Positions 21,377 through 29,818 of a stretch of 52,987 nt of DNA are shown here, piece by piece. How positions within the stretch are numbered: the stretch's first letter is position 1; each line of letters starts with the position of its first letter. The position numbers and the translations under genes are program-made. The notes beneath the pieces are model-generated. The model worked only from the letters and a program-made list of their open reading frames with translations, had not been told where the DNA came from and did no database searches. The stretch comes from an uncultured Chitinophagales bacterium (GTDB lineage Bacteria; Bacteroidota; Rhodothermia; Balneolales; Natronogracilivirgulaceae): NCBI GenBank assembly GCA_964388615.1, contig CAYMBG010000003.1, positions 1-52,987 on the forward strand, in the 5' to 3' direction.

Positions 21377-21498
21377 ACTTTTATCACAGGCATTTTGTCG
21401 CAATTATCATCTCTGCAGTACAACAGGCAAGTCCATTGTCCTAACTCGTCGATTAACTGATCATTTACCAGCATTTGGTATCAGGCAATATACTACAC

Positions 21499-21542
21499 AA
21501 AAAAGCTCGGGCCGGATATCGCTACTCCAGCCCGAGCTTTTT
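21499..21542 (-). terminator. Intrinsic terminator downstream of htrA
   Basis: AAAAAAGCTCGGGC...GCCCGAGCTTTTT; a second hairpin (AGGTGA..TCAGAAA/TTTCTGA..TCACCT) lies at ~21574-21618. Confidence 0.8.
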
Positions 21543-21627
21543 AATAACGCTCATATACAAACCACTGCAAGACAGGTGACATCAGAAATGGATAAACGAC
21601 TTCTTTCTGACATCACCTCCAAAAGTA

Positions 21628-23136
21628 TCATGAGCTCCGCAATTCGAATGCAATAAAGAAGCGATTGTTACCTCTTAGTACCTGAAGCAGCATGGATTCG
21701 CCGGGTTCCATCTCTCCAATCACCTCATGAAAATCTGATACCGAAGTAATCCGCACCCGGTTAAGCGCAAGAATCACATCTCCTTGCTGAAGTCCGTTTT
21801 CAGCAGCCGGACTGTTACGGTCTACATCTTCGACGACTACCCCATCGATATTGCCCGGCAGGCGCAGTTGTTCGGCAATATCACGGGTTAGTTCCGTAAC
21901 GGAAAATCCGATAATCTCGCGCACTTCTTCCTGATCGGCTACAGCCAGATCCTCATGGGGATACTCACCAAGAGTGACCTCAAGTTCCATCTCCTCACCA
22001 TCCCGAATAATGGTCAGTGTTATTTCGGTGCCTGGCATTTTCTCTGCCACTTTCCTGCGGAAATCGGAACTGGATTCAATAGCACGTCCGTTGAAAGCAA
22101 TAATAACATCCTCGGTTTGAATACCTGCTTCTTCAGCAGGTGAATCACTCAATGCTTCACTTACAATAACCCCCCGAGCTTCCGGCAAATCAAGTGCACG
22201 TGCCAAACTCTCATCAACCGGCTGAAAGTTAATACCTATATAGCCACGGACCACCCGGCCGGTTTCAATAATGGATTCCATAACATTTTGTGCCATCCTA
22301 CTGGGGATTGCAAACCCAATTCCCTGGAAACCACCTGATTGAGATGCAATAGCGGTATTAATACCGACCAGTTCACCTCTCATGTTGATCAGTGGTCCAC
22401 CGGAGTTACCACGGTTAATAGCCGCATCGGTCTGTATAAAATTTTCATACCCTTCACGTCCCAGGATATTCAGATCCGACCGGCCTTTGGCGCTGACAAT
22501 TCCCTGGGTTACCGTATGTGCCAACGCTGAACCCAATGGACTCCCGATTGCCATTACCATTTCTCCAACCTGAAGTTGCTCACTATCTCCAAATTCCATG
22601 TATGGAAGATTTTCAGCCTCAATCTTTAACACAGCAACATCGGTATTGGGATCAGACCCCACTACCTCTGCCGGTATCTCTTCCTGATTGATAAGCGTTA
22701 CTTTGATGGTATCTGCCTGGGCAATAACATGATGGTTGGTGAGGATATATCCATCTTCAGAAACAATGACTCCAGAACCCAGTCCACGTTGCTGATACTC
22801 ACGCTCCTGACCTTCCTCGCGGTCGCGGAAAAACGGATGATCCCGAAATGGGCCAAAGTCAAATAGTGATCCACGGGAACGGGTACGAACTGTTCTTTCT
22901 GTAGACACCATTACAACGGTTGGTTTGGCGACATCAGCCAGATTTACCATGGCACTGTTGAAACGAGTTAGCAGATCGGTCGCGTCATCGTTCAGTTCCA
23001 TTGGCACATCTTCCGCGCCACGATCAAACTGATAGGGGGTGTCACCCGCCCCTTCCATCCCCATTGGAAAACGAATGATCAAAAAAACAAGCACTATGGT
23101 CAGCGCAGTTGCAAACTTGGAATAATTAGTTTTCAT
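21628..23136 (-). CDS. htrA: HtrA/DegP/DegQ serine protease with two PDZ domains
   Basis: GLGSGVI, LTNHHVI, TDVAVLK, QTDAAINRGNSGGPL, two PDZ domains. Start moved from 23205 to ATG 23136 (MKTNYSKF + hydrophobic anchor). Confidence 0.95.
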   Translation of the reverse strand: MKTNYSKFATALTIVLVFLIIRFPMGMEGAGDTPYQFDRGAEDVPMELNDDATDLLTRFNSAMVNLADVAKPTVVMVSTERTVRTRSRGSLFDFGPFRDHPFFRDREEGQEREYQQRGLGSGVIVSEDGYILTNHHVIAQADTIKVTLINQEEIPAEVVGSDPNTDVAVLKIEAENLPYMEFGDSEQLQVGEMVMAIGSPLGSALAHTVTQGIVSAKGRSDLNILGREGYENFIQTDAAINRGNSGGPLINMRGELVGINTAIASQSGGFQGIGFAIPSRMAQNVMESIIETGRVVRGYIGINFQPVDESLARALDLPEARGVIVSEALSDSPAEEAGIQTEDVIIAFNGRAIESSSDFRRKVAEKMPGTEITLTIIRDGEEMELEVTLGEYPHEDLAVADQEEVREIIGFSVTELTRDIAEQLRLPGNIDGVVVEDVDRNSPAAENGLQQGDVILALNRVRITSVSDFHEVIGEMEPGESMLLQVLRGNNRFFIAFELRSS

Positions 23137-23353
23137 GCTTTTACTCCTGGTATAACATTGTGATTGGTTATAAAGTGGTTTCCTGTATAAAACACACTGG
23201 AGCATTGATTTATTGTAGGTCTGTCATATTTCCATCACTCATAAAAAACTGCAAAAAATTGCTTTTTTAACACGTTTATTTCGCTGATATTTGCTTTATT
23301 ACACATCGTCATAATAACCACGAATTGTCACTTTACTACCGAAACAGACACGT

Positions 23354-23989
23354 ATGGCACATTTAGAACCTGTCTTGGACCAGATCATTGATCAACTTTC
23401 CCAGGAAGAGGAACTGATCGCAGAGGCACGTCTGCCGACGATCAATAAACTGACCCAATACATCCATAACAAACAGCAGTCTTCAAAAAAAGTCCGTCTC
23501 AACTTTATTTGCACACACAACTCCCGCCGTAGTCAAATAGCCCAGATTTGGGCACACACTGCTGCTGTGGCATATCAGATTCCGCATGTAGAGACCTACT
23601 CCGGCGGAACCGAAGCCACCGCGTTTAACAACTGGGCTGTAAGAGCCATGAATACCCTTGGTTTCCGTATTGAAGCGCGTCAAGATACCGGAGAAGATCA
23701 AAATCCCGCCTATGAAGTACGTATCGGTACAGGTCTCCCGTCCCTAACCTGCTATTCCAAAAAATTTGACGAAATACTGTCACCGGACACCCCCTTTGCT
23801 GCTGTTATGACCTGCTCGGACGCCGACCAGAATTGTCCATTGGTACCGGGTGCGGAGTTAAGGATTCCTCTGACTTTCGATGATCCCAAACAATTTGACG
23901 GTTCCGGCCGCGAGCAAAAAGAGTATCTGAAGACAGCCCTCCAGATAGGCCGGGAAATCATCTATGCCTTCCGCCAGGTTTCAATCTGA
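23354..23989 (+). CDS. Low-molecular-weight PTP-fold protein, probable thioredoxin-type arsenate reductase
   Basis: P-loop FICTHNSRRSQ (CX5R), redox pair MTCSDADQNCP (CX6C), FDDPK. Confidence 0.85.
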   Translation: MAHLEPVLDQIIDQLSQEEELIAEARLPTINKLTQYIHNKQQSSKKVRLNFICTHNSRRSQIAQIWAHTAAVAYQIPHVETYSGGTEATAFNNWAVRAMNTLGFRIEARQDTGEDQNPAYEVRIGTGLPSLTCYSKKFDEILSPDTPFAAVMTCSDADQNCPLVPGAELRIPLTFDDPKQFDGSGREQKEYLKTALQIGREIIYAFRQVSI

Positions 23990-24028
23990 AAAAAAAGCCC
24001 GGCAAATGATTCATTATCAATGCCGGGC
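23989..24028 (-). terminator. Terminator between convergent arsC-like gene and hsp20
   Basis: A8 tract followed by GCCCGGCA...TGCCGGGC stem; gives a U-tract on the minus strand. Confidence 0.75.
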
Positions 24029-24057
24029 CCTCCACTCATAATCGGCGGACAAGCAAA

Positions 24058-24507
24058 TTACTTAATCTTGATCTGCTTATTCACCTGCTTTTCTTTCTTT
24101 TCGATATCAAGTTTCAAGACACCGTCTTCAAAACGTGCATCAATTTTGTTCTGATCAATATTATCAGGAAGCATTACGGATCGCTCGAATTTACCATAGC
24201 GTGTTTCCGTAAGATGATGCTTCGTTTCTTTTTCTTCTTTTTCTTCTTTACGTTCGCCGGTTATGGTCAATCGGCGATCTTGTAAATCCACATTGATGTC
24301 ATCCTTATTCATTCCAGGCAGCGCAACATGGACATGGTAATGACTTTCATCTTCTGTTATGTCTAAACTGGGTACAAACATACGCCCAGTGTCGCTGGCA
24401 ACAACATCATTAAAGAAATCATCCAAAACACTGGAAAATCTGCGTGGAGTTGGATAATCCATTTCTCTCATCGGGTTATATCGGGTAATAGTCATAACTA
24501 CCTCCAT
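24058..24507 (-). CDS. Small heat-shock protein (Hsp20/alpha-crystallin)
   Basis: PSLDITE, LPGM.KDDI.V, LTITGERK, YGKFERS..LP, A.FEDGVLKL, C-terminal IKI (IXI motif). Confidence 0.95.
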   Translation of the reverse strand: MEVVMTITRYNPMREMDYPTPRRFSSVLDDFFNDVVASDTGRMFVPSLDITEDESHYHVHVALPGMNKDDINVDLQDRRLTITGERKEEKEEKETKHHLTETRYGKFERSVMLPDNIDQNKIDARFEDGVLKLDIEKKEKQVNKQIKIK

Positions 24508-24550
24508 TTTTTTGTATTGTTCATTTGTTATGTCTTCACCCCTGTATATT

Positions 24551-24566
24551 ACAAAGCACGTGCCAA
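24551..24566 (-). promoter_or_regulatory. sigma54-type -24/-12 promoter of hsp20
   Basis: Minus strand TTGGCACGTGCTTTGT: perfect TTGGCACG, 4-nt spacer, TTGT. Confidence 0.7.
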
Positions 24567-24618
24567 CAAGAGATTTCTGCCAAAATTGAACGATTGATAG
24601 CCCAAATATTCAGACCTG

Positions 24619-24667
24619 TGCCACAAGTTTGTCATACATGTGACAAGACTCTGGTAATACTCTGACA
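24619..24667. repeat. Five TG-n-(C/T)-A pentamers at exact 11-bp spacing upstream of hsp20
   Basis: TGCCA 24619, TGTCA 24630, TGACA 24641, TGGTA 24652, TGACA 24663. Confidence 0.65.
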
Positions 24668-24679
24668 CTGTTTCATAGC

Positions 24680-24718
24680 CGCAGGTGATGGGACATGAAA
24701 TGGGATTTCATGCCTGCG
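24680..24718 (-). other. Stem-loop after the DAHP synthase gene
   Basis: CATGAAAT-GGG-ATTTCATG inner stem with outer CGCAGG/CCTGCG; no clear U-tract. Confidence 0.45.
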
Positions 24719-24741
24719 ACTTTCTGTGATTTTTACCCGTA

Positions 24742-26115
24742 TTACTTTTTATTCCAGGTAGCTTTCCATTCCTTGGTGATAAGAAAAGCCATCTCCAGAC
24801 TTTGCTGATAGTTGAGACGCGGATCACAAAACGTCTTATAGTTTCGCTTCAATCCATCTGCTTTCAAACCCTCGGCTCCACCTACACATTCTGTGACGTT
24901 ATCTCCGGTAAGCTCCAGATGCACCCCTCCCAAGAATGATTTCTCGTTACGATGCACCTCAAACGTCTGCTTGATCTCACTTAAAATATCGTCAAAACTC
25001 CGTGTTTTTATATCATCCTCCGTTGGGAATGTATTACCATGCATCGGATCACAGCTCCAAACCACACGCAATCCGGCATCATTCACAGCCTTTATAAGTC
25101 CGGGCAACAATGTAAATACATTATCTTTTCCCATTCGTGTGATCAGAACTATTTTACCCTCGGTGTTATCGGGATTCAGTTTTTGAATCAATTTGACAAT
25201 TTCATCATTCTCAAATGGAGGGCCAACCTTAATTCCTACGGGGTTTCGAATTCCTCTGAAGTATTCGACATGTGCACCATCCAGGTTCCTGGTCCGGTTA
25301 CCTAACCACGGCATGTGGGTGCTTAAATTATACCACCCTTTATTATGAGGCACCTGGATCGTTTGGGCTGAATCGTAATACAGGTTCAAGGCTTCATGCG
25401 AGGTATGGAACCGCACCTGCCGCATGGCATCGATCTCTTTGTTGGATATCGTCTCCACAAAACGGACCGCGTTGTTGATGGAGTAAACCATCGACTCATA
25501 CTCTTTGTAATATTTGTTGTGCCGCATGAAATCGAGTTCCCAGTATTCCGGGTGATTCATGTTGGCAAAGCCCTTGCCCTCCGTAAGAGAGCGGATAAAA
25601 TTGAGAGTCAATGCCGACAGCTTGTAACCTTCCAACAAACGTTTGGGATTGGTAAGACGGGCGTCATCGTCTTTTTCTATTCGATTAAACAGATCCCCGC
25701 GATACGTTGGTAAATCCAATCCATCCACCTTCTCAGTAGGATTGGAACGTGGCTTTGCATACTGCCCTGCAATCCTGCCGACACGAATCACCGGTATTCC
25801 CATCTCATGGATGAGGATAAAACTCATCTGAAGCAATACCTTAAGGAGGTTTACGGTCTGTGGTGCGTTGCAGTTTTCAAACACTTCGGCACAATCTCCT
25901 CCCTGCAACAGAAAGGCCTCCCCTTTTGTAGCCAGAGCCATCTGCTCTCGCAAATCCTCTACCTCCCAGGAATTCACAAGAGGCGGATAACCACTTAATT
26001 CTTTATAGACTTGTTCTAAAAGCGCTTTATCTTCGTATTCCGGAAGTTGTTTTACAGGATAATCCTGCCAGGAAGTCGGACTCCAATTCTGGATAGATTC
26101 TTTTTCCACCGTCAC
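24742..26115 (-). CDS. 3-deoxy-D-arabino-heptulosonate 7-phosphate (DAHP) synthase, class II
   Basis: LLQGGDCAE, GRIAGQYAKPRS, TSHEAL, W.G.RTR.LDGAHVE, CDPMHGNT, GGVHLELTG.NVTEC.GG, CDPRLN. GTG start. Confidence 0.96.
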   Translation of the reverse strand: MTVEKESIQNWSPTSWQDYPVKQLPEYEDKALLEQVYKELSGYPPLVNSWEVEDLREQMALATKGEAFLLQGGDCAEVFENCNAPQTVNLLKVLLQMSFILIHEMGIPVIRVGRIAGQYAKPRSNPTEKVDGLDLPTYRGDLFNRIEKDDDARLTNPKRLLEGYKLSALTLNFIRSLTEGKGFANMNHPEYWELDFMRHNKYYKEYESMVYSINNAVRFVETISNKEIDAMRQVRFHTSHEALNLYYDSAQTIQVPHNKGWYNLSTHMPWLGNRTRNLDGAHVEYFRGIRNPVGIKVGPPFENDEIVKLIQKLNPDNTEGKIVLITRMGKDNVFTLLPGLIKAVNDAGLRVVWSCDPMHGNTFPTEDDIKTRSFDDILSEIKQTFEVHRNEKSFLGGVHLELTGDNVTECVGGAEGLKADGLKRNYKTFCDPRLNYQQSLEMAFLITKEWKATWNKK

Positions 26116-26317
26116 TTATAAGTTTATCATTTGTGAGTAAAAAATATTCTACTGTATGCCAAAAACGCCGAACGCCAGGGGAAACGTATCAATTTCCTTC
26201 TCCATATATCCGTCTGACCGCATACTGTCGATATCAGTATAAAATACTGAACCCCAATAAAAATATGTGATTTTCAAAACCACCCGTCGTATGGCCCTCG
26301 ACGCACAATATAAAAAT

Positions 26318-26373
26318 AAAAAAACCCCGAACCTGAACTCAATTCCAAAAATGTGAATTGATACAGGCCGGGG
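26318..26373 (-). terminator. Intrinsic terminator of dnaK
   Basis: A-tract plus interrupted stem CCCCG..CCTG..TCAATTC / GAATTGA..CAGG.CGGGG. Confidence 0.7.
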
Positions 26374-26424
26374 CAACAATGATTCCGGATGGTGATCCGG
26401 AACTATCCGTTGAAGTGTAGGAGA

Positions 26425-28374
26425 TTACTCTTTTTTATTTTCTTCGTCATCATCCACAACTTCAAATTCAGCATCTTCGGTATCTGCTTGTTCACCGGAT
26501 GCTTCCGAGTCAGGGGACTCTGTCTGTTCACCAGAATCACCTTCTTGATCAGCCGCACCACCCTGGGCTTCTTGTTGTGCCTGGTACAACTCGGTAGACG
26601 CATCTGACCAAGCCTTATTGAGCTCTTCGATAGCTCCATCAAGTTCATCCACTTTTTGTTCTTTGTGGAGATTTTCCACTTTTTCAAGAGCTTGCTGGAT
26701 GTTGGTCTTATTCTGTTCGGAGAGCTTTTCCCCGAATTCGTCCAGTTGCTTTTTCGTGGAGAAGATGAGACTGTCGGCTTTGTTGAGAGTTTCAACCTGT
26801 TCACGAGCCTTTTTATCCTCTTCGGCATGTTCCTCAGCCGCATTTTTCATCTTTTCGATCTCGCCTTCAGACAGACCGGAGCTGGCTTCGATTCGGATAC
26901 TTTGCTCTTTGCTGGTGCCTTTATCCTTGGCACTCACACTCAACACGCCGTTGGCGTCTATATCAAAAGTAACCTCAATTTGTGGTATTCCTCTCGGTGC
27001 CGGCGGAATACCATCAAGATGGAATCGACCCAGGGAGCGATTGTCTTGTGCTTTAGCTCTTTCACCCTGGAGTACATGAATTTCCACACTTGACTGATTG
27101 TCGGCAGCCGTTGAAAAAGTCTCGGTTTTGCTGGTCGGAATCGTGGAATTGGCCTCAATTAAGCGAGTCATCACACCGCCCAGAGTTTCAATACCAAGCG
27201 TCAATGGATTCACATCCAACAGAACCACATCCTTGACATCACCTGAGAAAACGCCACCCTGAATAGCAGCGCCTACTGCCACTACTTCGTCCGGATTTAC
27301 ACCCTTACTCGGCTCTTTTTCAAAGAAATCTTTAACGACTTCCTGAATTTTGGGAATCCGGGTTGATCCACCAACCAGTATGACCTGATCAATTTCGTTC
27401 TTTTTGAGCTTGGATCCTTTCAGTGCATTTTCACATGGTTTCAATGTTCTTTGCACCAGATCCTCTACCAACTGCTCAAACTTGGCCCGGGTTATGTCAA
27501 TGCTCAAATGCTTGGGCCCTTCGCTGTCGGCAGTAATAAAAGGCAGATTAACATTCGTTTTCTGTGAACTCGAAAGTTCTACCTTGGCTTTCTCGGAAGC
27601 ATCACGGAGACGTTGCAGTGCCATGGCATCCTTTTTCAGATCGATACCATCGGTTTTCTTGAACTCATCAGCGAGATAATTCATGATGCGGTCATCAAAA
27701 TCATCACCCCCCAGATGGGTGTCGCCATCGGTGGATTTTACTTCAAAAACGCCATCGCCAAGCTCGAGAATGGATATATCAAACGTACCGCCACCGAGAT
27801 CATACACAGCGATGGTCATGTTCTTATCCTTTTTATCAAGACCATATGCCAGGGATGCAGCAGTGGGTTCGTTGATGATACGCTTGACTTCCAGTCCGGC
27901 TATTTTTCCGGCTTCCTGTGTTGCTTTTCGCTGAGCATCGTTGAAGTAAGCCGGTACCGTAATAACCGCCTCGTTTACTTTTTCACCCAGGTACTCCTCC
28001 GCGGTTTGTTTCGCTTTTTGAAGAACCATGGCTGAAATTTCCTGAGGCGCATAGGATCTGTCACCGATATCAACCCTTGCAGTACCATCGTCTGCTTTAA
28101 CAATCTTGTAAGAGACTGTTTTTTGCTCGGATTGAATTTCATCATAAAATCGACCCATAAATCGCTTGATAGAAGTTATGGTCTTTTCCGGATTTGTAAT
28201 GGCCTGCCTTTTTGCCGGAGCCCCGACCAGGCGCTCTCCATCCTTGGTAAATGCCACTACAGATGGCGTGGTACGGCCCCCTTCTGCGTTTTGGATGACA
28301 ACAGGTTCGTTGCCTTCCATTACTGATACGCAAGAGTTGGTTGTTCCTAAATCTATTCCAATAATCTTACCCAT
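26425..28374 (-). CDS. dnaK: Molecular chaperone DnaK (Hsp70)
   Basis: [40 protein letters not shown], acidic tail with DAEFE. Confidence 0.99.
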   Translation of the reverse strand: MGKIIGIDLGTTNSCVSVMEGNEPVVIQNAEGGRTTPSVVAFTKDGERLVGAPAKRQAITNPEKTITSIKRFMGRFYDEIQSEQKTVSYKIVKADDGTARVDIGDRSYAPQEISAMVLQKAKQTAEEYLGEKVNEAVITVPAYFNDAQRKATQEAGKIAGLEVKRIINEPTAASLAYGLDKKDKNMTIAVYDLGGGTFDISILELGDGVFEVKSTDGDTHLGGDDFDDRIMNYLADEFKKTDGIDLKKDAMALQRLRDASEKAKVELSSSQKTNVNLPFITADSEGPKHLSIDITRAKFEQLVEDLVQRTLKPCENALKGSKLKKNEIDQVILVGGSTRIPKIQEVVKDFFEKEPSKGVNPDEVVAVGAAIQGGVFSGDVKDVVLLDVNPLTLGIETLGGVMTRLIEANSTIPTSKTETFSTAADNQSSVEIHVLQGERAKAQDNRSLGRFHLDGIPPAPRGIPQIEVTFDIDANGVLSVSAKDKGTSKEQSIRIEASSGLSEGEIEKMKNAAEEHAEEDKKAREQVETLNKADSLIFSTKKQLDEFGEKLSEQNKTNIQQALEKVENLHKEQKVDELDGAIEELNKAWSDASTELYQAQQEAQGGAADQEGDSGEQTESPDSEASGEQADTEDAEFEVVDDDEENKKE

Positions 28375-28449
28375 AATAAATTGTCCTTCGTCTTTTTTGG
28401 ATTAACATTCGTGAAGCAACATTCTCGTTTACTTTCACTCCACTAAAGA

Positions 28450-28465
28450 ACAACAACAATGCCAA
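28450..28465 (-). promoter_or_regulatory. sigma54-type -24/-12 promoter of dnaK
   Basis: Minus strand TTGGCATTGTTGTTGT = GG-N10-GT, 76 nt upstream of the ATG. Confidence 0.6.
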
Positions 28466-28510
28466 CTAAGGGAACACCCGAATATTCTGCCTTATTGTCA
28501 TAAATAACTT

Positions 28511-29800
28511 CTAAAACTGCGACATACTGACCAAGTCTTCCCAAAACCCGGGATAAGAAACGGCCGCCGCCTCGGCATTATGAATTTCTGACACCTGCTC
28601 AGCGCATAAAGACAATATGGCAGCCGACATGGCAATTCGATGATCGTGCCGGCTTTCAAACGTACCAGCCAATGGGCGTCGGTCAGGATCGCCTGTTACA
28701 ATCAATCCGTCCTTCTGGCTTAATACAGGTACTCCAGCTTTAGTTAGCATCTGCTCCATGGCAGCCAGGCGGTCACTCTCTTTGAAACGTAGTTCCTCCG
28801 CTCCGGAAATGCGGGATTCTCCCCTGGCAAAAGCCATCGCTACTGCAAGTACCGGAAGTTCATCTATGGCGTTGGGAATCTCGGCCGGCCCGATATCAAC
28901 CGCTTTTAATGGAGCATATCGCACCCGGATATCAGCTATTGGCTCAGACCCGGAATTACGTTCGTTGGTGATCCCGATGTTTGCACCCATCCTTCTTAGT
29001 ATGTGGAGTGCGGCGCAGCGAGTCGGGTTCACTCCGGTTGCAGGCAAAAACATGTCAGAACCTTTACATATCGAAGCAGCTACCAACCAGAAGGCTGCCG
29101 CTGAAAAATCTCCCGGTATTTCCAGGTTTTGCGGCGGAATCACCTGGGCCCGACTGCTCTCGATAATGTGGTTCTGTTGTTCTTGTTTCACCGGAAGACG
29201 AAGCATCATCTCGGTATGGTTACGGCTACAAACCGATTCAATAACTCGCGTGGGGGAGTCACCGAAGAGACCGGCCAGAAGTACGCACGACTTCAGTTGT
29301 GCACTGGGAACGGGTAACGGAAATGTGATCGGACGAAAAGGTTCGGTTCTGTGAATCTGAAGCGGAGGATAACCGCCAGCCGAAGATTCCACGACAGCCC
29401 CCATCTTTACAAGGGGATCCATGATTCTTTTCATTGGACGAGAAGAAAGAGAAGGATCGCCGGTGAGTGTTGCCGGAACTCCGGAGCCGGCAATAATTCC
29501 GGACAGCATGCGCATCACGGTTCCCGAATTACCACAATCAATCTTCTGATGCGGTGAACAGATATTCTGGCGACCGACCCCATCCACAGTGACAACGCTT
29601 CCCTTATGTTCAACCCGTGCTCCCAACTGCTCCACACATCGAAGCGCCGTAACAGGATCGTCAGCCAGCGGATAATTCGAAATAGTTGACCTTTGCTCGG
29701 CAAGCAGCGAGAAAAGCGCCGCCCTCTGGGCTATGGATTTATCCGGTGGAAGATGAAGGGTTCCATTAAGGCAATTTACAGGTGAAACAGATTGAATCAT
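28511..29800 (-). CDS. aroA: 3-phosphoshikimate 1-carboxyvinyltransferase (EPSP synthase)
   Basis: PDKSI..RA, DCGNSGT.MR, SAQLKS, SRNHTE.ML, IDELP, ELRFKESDR, DHRIAMS. Confidence 0.97.
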   Translation of the reverse strand: MIQSVSPVNCLNGTLHLPPDKSIAQRAALFSLLAEQRSTISNYPLADDPVTALRCVEQLGARVEHKGSVVTVDGVGRQNICSPHQKIDCGNSGTVMRMLSGIIAGSGVPATLTGDPSLSSRPMKRIMDPLVKMGAVVESSAGGYPPLQIHRTEPFRPITFPLPVPSAQLKSCVLLAGLFGDSPTRVIESVCSRNHTEMMLRLPVKQEQQNHIIESSRAQVIPPQNLEIPGDFSAAAFWLVAASICKGSDMFLPATGVNPTRCAALHILRRMGANIGITNERNSGSEPIADIRVRYAPLKAVDIGPAEIPNAIDELPVLAVAMAFARGESRISGAEELRFKESDRLAAMEQMLTKAGVPVLSQKDGLIVTGDPDRRPLAGTFESRHDHRIAMSAAILSLCAEQVSEIHNAEAAAVSYPGFWEDLVSMSQF

Positions 29801-29818
29801 TGGAATTACTTACAAGCC

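Noticed and set aside
21339-21656. 105-aa plus-strand ORF between dnaJ-like gene and htrA
   Set aside because: Runs through a promoter and two terminator hairpins; no protein-like features.
26284-26379. 5' extension of the 76-aa ORF upstream of DAHP synthase
   Set aside because: Crosses the dnaK terminator; only the downstream part is kept as a leader-peptide candidate.
26403-28405. Antisense and alternative-frame ORFs over dnaK (up to 153 aa)
   Set aside because: Fragmented shadow ORFs expected from codon bias in a highly expressed gene; no independent signals.
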